Of a stretch of 12,556 nt of DNA, positions 8,789 through 12,556 are shown piece after piece. A program made the translations under genes and the position numbers. Origin of the DNA: Deinococcus radiodurans R1 = ATCC 13939 = DSM 20539 (lineage in GTDB: Bacteria > Deinococcota > Deinococci > Deinococcales > Deinococcaceae); the NCBI RefSeq assembly GCF_000008565.1, contig NC_001263.1, forward strand, positions 1,263,250-1,275,805. The letters run 5' to 3'. Every line of letters starts with the position of its first letter. The first letter of the stretch is position 1. The notes below the pieces were generated by a model that was not told the DNA's origin, did not search any database, and saw only the letters and a program-made list of their open reading frames with translations.

Positions 8789-8863
8789 TGGCGGTCCCAG
8801 CGGGACTCGAACCCGCGTCCTCCCGCAGACAACGGGGCATCCTGGCCGCTGGACGATGAAACC
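8789..8863 (-). tRNA. 75-nt tRNA-like gene with a GUC anticodon loop, a Glu/Asp-type D-arm and encoded CCA; either a functional tRNA or a mimic
   Basis: RNA sequence: GGUUUCA U C GUCC-AGCGGCCA-GGAU G CCCCG-UUGUCUG-CGGGA GGAC GCGGG-UUCGAGU-CCCGC UGGGACC G CCA. The acceptor is 7 bp with two G-U pairs. Canonical U8, A14 and GG are present. The anticodon GUC is at 8830-8828. Deviations: U at position 37, U32 and G38 in the loop, and a C27-A43 mismatch. Confidence 0.6.
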
Positions 8864-8874
8864 GTAAGAGGGCG

Positions 8875-8959
8875 AAAAGGGGAAGGGCTGGGCAAGGGAT
8901 GAACCTGGAATGTTTTGTTCTACTGGGAAAGTAAATAATCCAGATTCTTCGGCCCAGCC
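8875..8959 (-). ncRNA. Y RNA (YA), a simple stem-loop type with a metazoan-like Ro-binding basal helix
   Basis: The 5' strand GGCUGGGC-C-GAAGAAUCUGGAUUAUUUAC (from 8959) compares with human Y1 GGCUGGUC-C-GAAGGUAGUGAGUUAUCUC. The 3' strand CCCUU-GCCCAGCC (8893-8886) compares with CACUU-GACUAGUC. The basal helix is 8 bp with a bulged C. The middle helix GAAUCUGGA/UCCAGGUUC is 9 bp with one G-U. Apical hairpin: UUUACU-UUCCC-AGUAGA. The 3' tail is CUUCCCCUUUU. Confidence 0.8.
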
Positions 8960-9137
8960 GGGCTTGTGGCGAGGCGAGTGCGCTCACCTGGCACAGAGAT
9001 TACCAAGCGGGAGCGGCGGCGTACACTCGCCATCTGGCGCAGATTGGGGGTAGGCCAAACGGCGGAGGGGGTCTTCCCGGAAGCGCAGGTCATCCTGTTT
9101 CAAGCCGGGGAGCTTCAAACAATGGTATGGAACAGCC

Positions 9138-9944
9138 TCAAAGACTCCTGAAGTACAGCTGCTGTGCCCTGGGCTCGCTCGCGTTGCGCTCGAAAATCCG
9201 CCGCATCGCGTGATTGCTGGCCTCCGTCCGGCCCGCGTGGTGCGTGAACCGCTCGGCGGCGCGGGCAAGCAGGTGCGCGTGCAGCCGGGTGCCGAGGCCC
9301 TGGCCACGCTCCGACTCGCGCACGCCAAGCATGTTGATGCTGGCCCAGCCGGGGCGTCCGCTCGGGCCGACGGCTCCCAGCGCCACGGGCTCGCCGTTCT
9401 CGTTCGGCAGGGCCACGACGAGCCAGTCCGGGTCCGTCTCCCAGTCCGCCTGACCGAGTTCGGCCAGCAGCACGGCCATCTTGGGAGGTTCCAGCAGTTC
9501 GGCGCCGCCTTCTAGGACATTCGGGGCGAGGGCCCAGGGCCGGACGGTCAGGTCGGTTTCGTACATGACCTGTTCGTCGTCCAGGGTCCAGCCTGCGGAC
9601 AGCACTGGGGCGGTGTTCAGCTGGGTCAGGCTGCTGTCGAGCAGCAGCGTCCGCTCCGGCGCAACCTCGTGCAGGAAGGCGAAAAACTGTGTCAGGCCCA
9701 CGCCTGGGGTGTCGGCCCGTGCACGAGGAATCAGTGGCACCTGCGGGTTCTGGGCGATGAGAACCACCCCTTCCACGCCGCGTTCTGAGCGCAGAAGGAC
9801 GAACTGTTCGGGTCTCGCTTGGCCCGCCGCCATTCGTTCCCGGAACTGGGCCAGGCGCTGCTCGGCGTCGGCGCGGTCAGGGTGCAGGGCGTAGGCGTCC
9901 GGCAGGGTGCTGTCAGTGGCGCGTTCAACGGTAAAGCTGTTCAA
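9138..9944 (-). CDS. GNAT-family N-acetyltransferase, 268 aa
   Basis: The C-terminal acetyl-CoA-binding motif A reads MLGVRESERGQGLGTRLHAHLLARA. The TTG start at 9944 is preceded by GAGGU 4 nt upstream. No alternative upstream start was found. Confidence 0.75.
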   Translation of the reverse strand: MNSFTVERATDSTLPDAYALHPDRADAEQRLAQFRERMAAGQARPEQFVLLRSERGVEGVVLIAQNPQVPLIPRARADTPGVGLTQFFAFLHEVAPERTLLLDSSLTQLNTAPVLSAGWTLDDEQVMYETDLTVRPWALAPNVLEGGAELLEPPKMAVLLAELGQADWETDPDWLVVALPNENGEPVALGAVGPSGRPGWASINMLGVRESERGQGLGTRLHAHLLARAAERFTHHAGRTEASNHAMRRIFERNASEPRAQQLYFRSL

Positions 9945-10265
9945 GGTGACCTCAAGTCAGGGCCGGGCCACAGGCACGCGGGATTCAACCGCGACGGGCA
10001 GCCCGGAGAAGGGTGGACAACAGAAAAAATGCGGGGTGCTGGGGCATATGGGCCCTCCTTGTGCTGGGGTCAGCTTGAGATGAGGGCAGGAGAGCGGGCG
10101 GAGCCGTAAACAGGCGTAAGCAGCTTGGCTTAGCGACTGGGCTGGCTTCGCGCATCTCGCACGAGGTCGTGCTCAGGAGCGACGGTTGCGGCTTTGGTGA
10201 CAGGCACGAACGCTTAGGCCAGGCGGCTGAGCCGCAGCGCTCTGTCCGGGCTATCCTAATCAGCG

Positions 10266-11765
<1,500 letters not shown>

Positions 11766-11770
11766 GCGCC

Positions 11771-11874
11771 AGAGCATTTGACCAAACAATGGCTTTGCAC
11801 TGTTTGACCCTCTACCAAGGGGAGAGGGCCTGCCAAAGGCAGGGGTGAGGGGTCTTTGTTACGTCAAATGCTCT
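11771..11874 (-). repeat. MITE-like small noncoding repeat, copy 2, inverted relative to copy 1
   Basis: Perfect 12 bp terminal inverted repeat AGAGCATTTGAC (11771-11782) / GTCAAATGCTCT (11863-11874). Its reverse complement aligns with 4285-4390 through GACCCCTCACCCC, GGCCCTCTCCC and GGTAGAGGGTCAAA. It sits between the proS stop codon and the proS terminator. Confidence 0.75.
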
Positions 11875-11888
11875 AAAGAACGCGAACT

Positions 11889-11919
11889 CCGCCCCAGCTT
11901 CGGCTTGGGGCGGTTTTTT
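11889..11919 (+). terminator. Rho-independent terminator of proS
   Basis: CCGCCCCAGC-UUCG-GCUUGGGGCGG, about 10 bp with one bulged U and a UUCG tetraloop, followed by UUUUUU (11914-11919). Confidence 0.85.
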
Positions 11920-11974
11920 AGGCCATAGAGCCGATGTGCCGTGTTGGTTTGGGCGCTAGCGTGGCGTGGGGCCT

Positions 11975-12466
11975 ATGACAGAAATGGTCACCTGGGAGGA
12001 GCGCCTGGCCTCGCTCTGGGAGCAGTTGGACACTCTCCCCGCCGCCGACTTCGTAGCCCGCATGGACGCCCTGGCTGCTCAGGCTCCCACCGAAAGTGTG
12101 GCGCTGTTCGAGCGAGCTGGGGCGCGGGATTCGGTCGGCAGGGAGGCCGAAGCAGTTCAGCTCTATGAGCAAGCCCTTGCCGCCGGCCTCAGCGGCGTTC
12201 GGCGCAGGCGGGCCGTCATTCAGCTCGCCAGTTCGCTGCGGAATGTGGGGCAGGTGGAGAGGGGACTGGCCTTGCTGGAAGCCGAGCAACAACGCGGCCC
12301 GGATGAACTGAGCGACGCCCTGAGCGCCTTTCTGGCCCTGATGCTGGTGGATACTGGCCGCGAACGGGAAGCGGTAGCGACCGTGTTGACCGCCCTCGCG
12401 CCGCATCTGCCACGTTATCAGCGCTCGGTGACGAACTATGCGCGACTGTTGACCGAGCCGGCGTAG
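11975..12466 (+). CDS. Small helical TPR-like protein (annotated in relatives as a tetratricopeptide repeat protein)
   Basis: Ala/Leu-rich helical ORF. The block GREAEAVQLYEQALAAGLSGVRRRRAVIQLASSLRNVG...LPRYQRS matches a conserved small TPR-like family that I recall from actinobacteria and deinococci. The start is taken at the first ATG (11975). GTG at 11966 and ATG at 11984 are alternatives. Confidence 0.6.
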   Translation: MTEMVTWEERLASLWEQLDTLPAADFVARMDALAAQAPTESVALFERAGARDSVGREAEAVQLYEQALAAGLSGVRRRRAVIQLASSLRNVGQVERGLALLEAEQQRGPDELSDALSAFLALMLVDTGREREAVATVLTALAPHLPRYQRSVTNYARLLTEPA

Positions 12467-12475
12467 AGTCGGGCC

Positions 12476-12556
12476 ATGTCCGATGACCACGCCCTGCGCG
12501 AGCACCTGCGCGCCCTGCTCACCGAGCCTCAGGCGCACGCCACCCTTGATGACGTG
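12476..12556 (+). CDS. 3'-truncated ORF, possibly a DinB/YfiT-like family protein
   Basis: The ATG at 12476 lies 9 nt after the upstream stop, and the frame is open to the window edge. The sequence MSDDHALREHLRALLTEPQAHATLDDV resembles the first helix of DinB-superfamily proteins. Only 27 codons are visible. Confidence 0.3.
   Translation, partial: MSDDHALREHLRALLTEPQAHATLDDV

Noticed and set aside
8261-9328. ORFs 8261..8683 (-), 8295..8540 (-), 8504..8902 (+), 8640..8987 (-), 8680..8895 (-), 8966..9151 (+) and 8984..9328 (-) across the RNA array
   Set aside because: No RBS, no domain-like sequence, and mutual overlap. The region is fully accounted for by helices with tRNA/Y RNA signatures. 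8984..9328 also overlaps the GNAT gene out of frame.
9945-10265. T-box or other leader riboswitch upstream of proS in the 320 bp divergent intergenic region
   Set aside because: I found no T-box consensus (GGUGGNACCGCG-type) and no convincing specifier/antiterminator arrangement. There are only short GC hairpins such as GCGGC-UGA-GCCGC. This is left uncalled and should be checked with Rfam.
11918-12538. 206-aa antisense ORF opposite the TPR-like gene and the partial 3' ORF
   Set aside because: It spans two same-strand + genes and the gap between them. It has no domain-like sequence, and the + frame has a conserved family signature.

Overview
GC-rich bacterial chromosomal window. By recognition, not by search, it looks like Deinococcus (radiodurans-like). 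Three blocks stand out. (1) 1-3997 (+): a 5'-partial SNF2/RapA-type helicase gene. Its P-loop (GLGK|T) is split by a 343-codon class-3-type intein carrying a LAGLIDADG homing-endonuclease domain. That domain contains an apparent +1 frameshift, which is why the ORF track shows two overlapping ORFs. (2) 5188-8959 (-): an Rsr (bacterial Ro60) locus and the most interesting part of the window. Upstream of rsr and on the same strand lies about 1 kb with no credible coding capacity. It resolves into eight head-to-tail structured-RNA modules: two ends-paired Y RNAs with a basal helix almost identical to the metazoan Y RNA Ro-binding helix, three tRNA look-alikes with encoded CCA (two with intact GUA / GUC anticodon loops but non-canonical cores), and three tRNA-shaped scaffolds. 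In those three scaffolds the Ro-binding helix appears in a strand-swapped, hairpin-capped form at the anticodon or variable-arm position. A NADAR (YbiA/DUF1768) gene is embedded between this array and rsr. A decayed ninth module sits in the rsr leader. A small DUF2171 gene follows rsr before a strong terminator. (3) Housekeeping and accessory genes: a metallophosphoesterase, a GNAT acetyltransferase, an archaeal/eukaryal-type prolyl-tRNA synthetase, a small TPR-like protein and a partial ORF at the 3' edge. There are also two inverted copies of a ~105 bp MITE-like repeat with covarying internal hairpins, and a perfect four-run G-quadruplex motif overlapping a hairpin. Most other track ORFs are alternate-frame or antisense artefacts of high GC. 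All RNA structures were folded by eye; no covariance model, folding program or database search was run.
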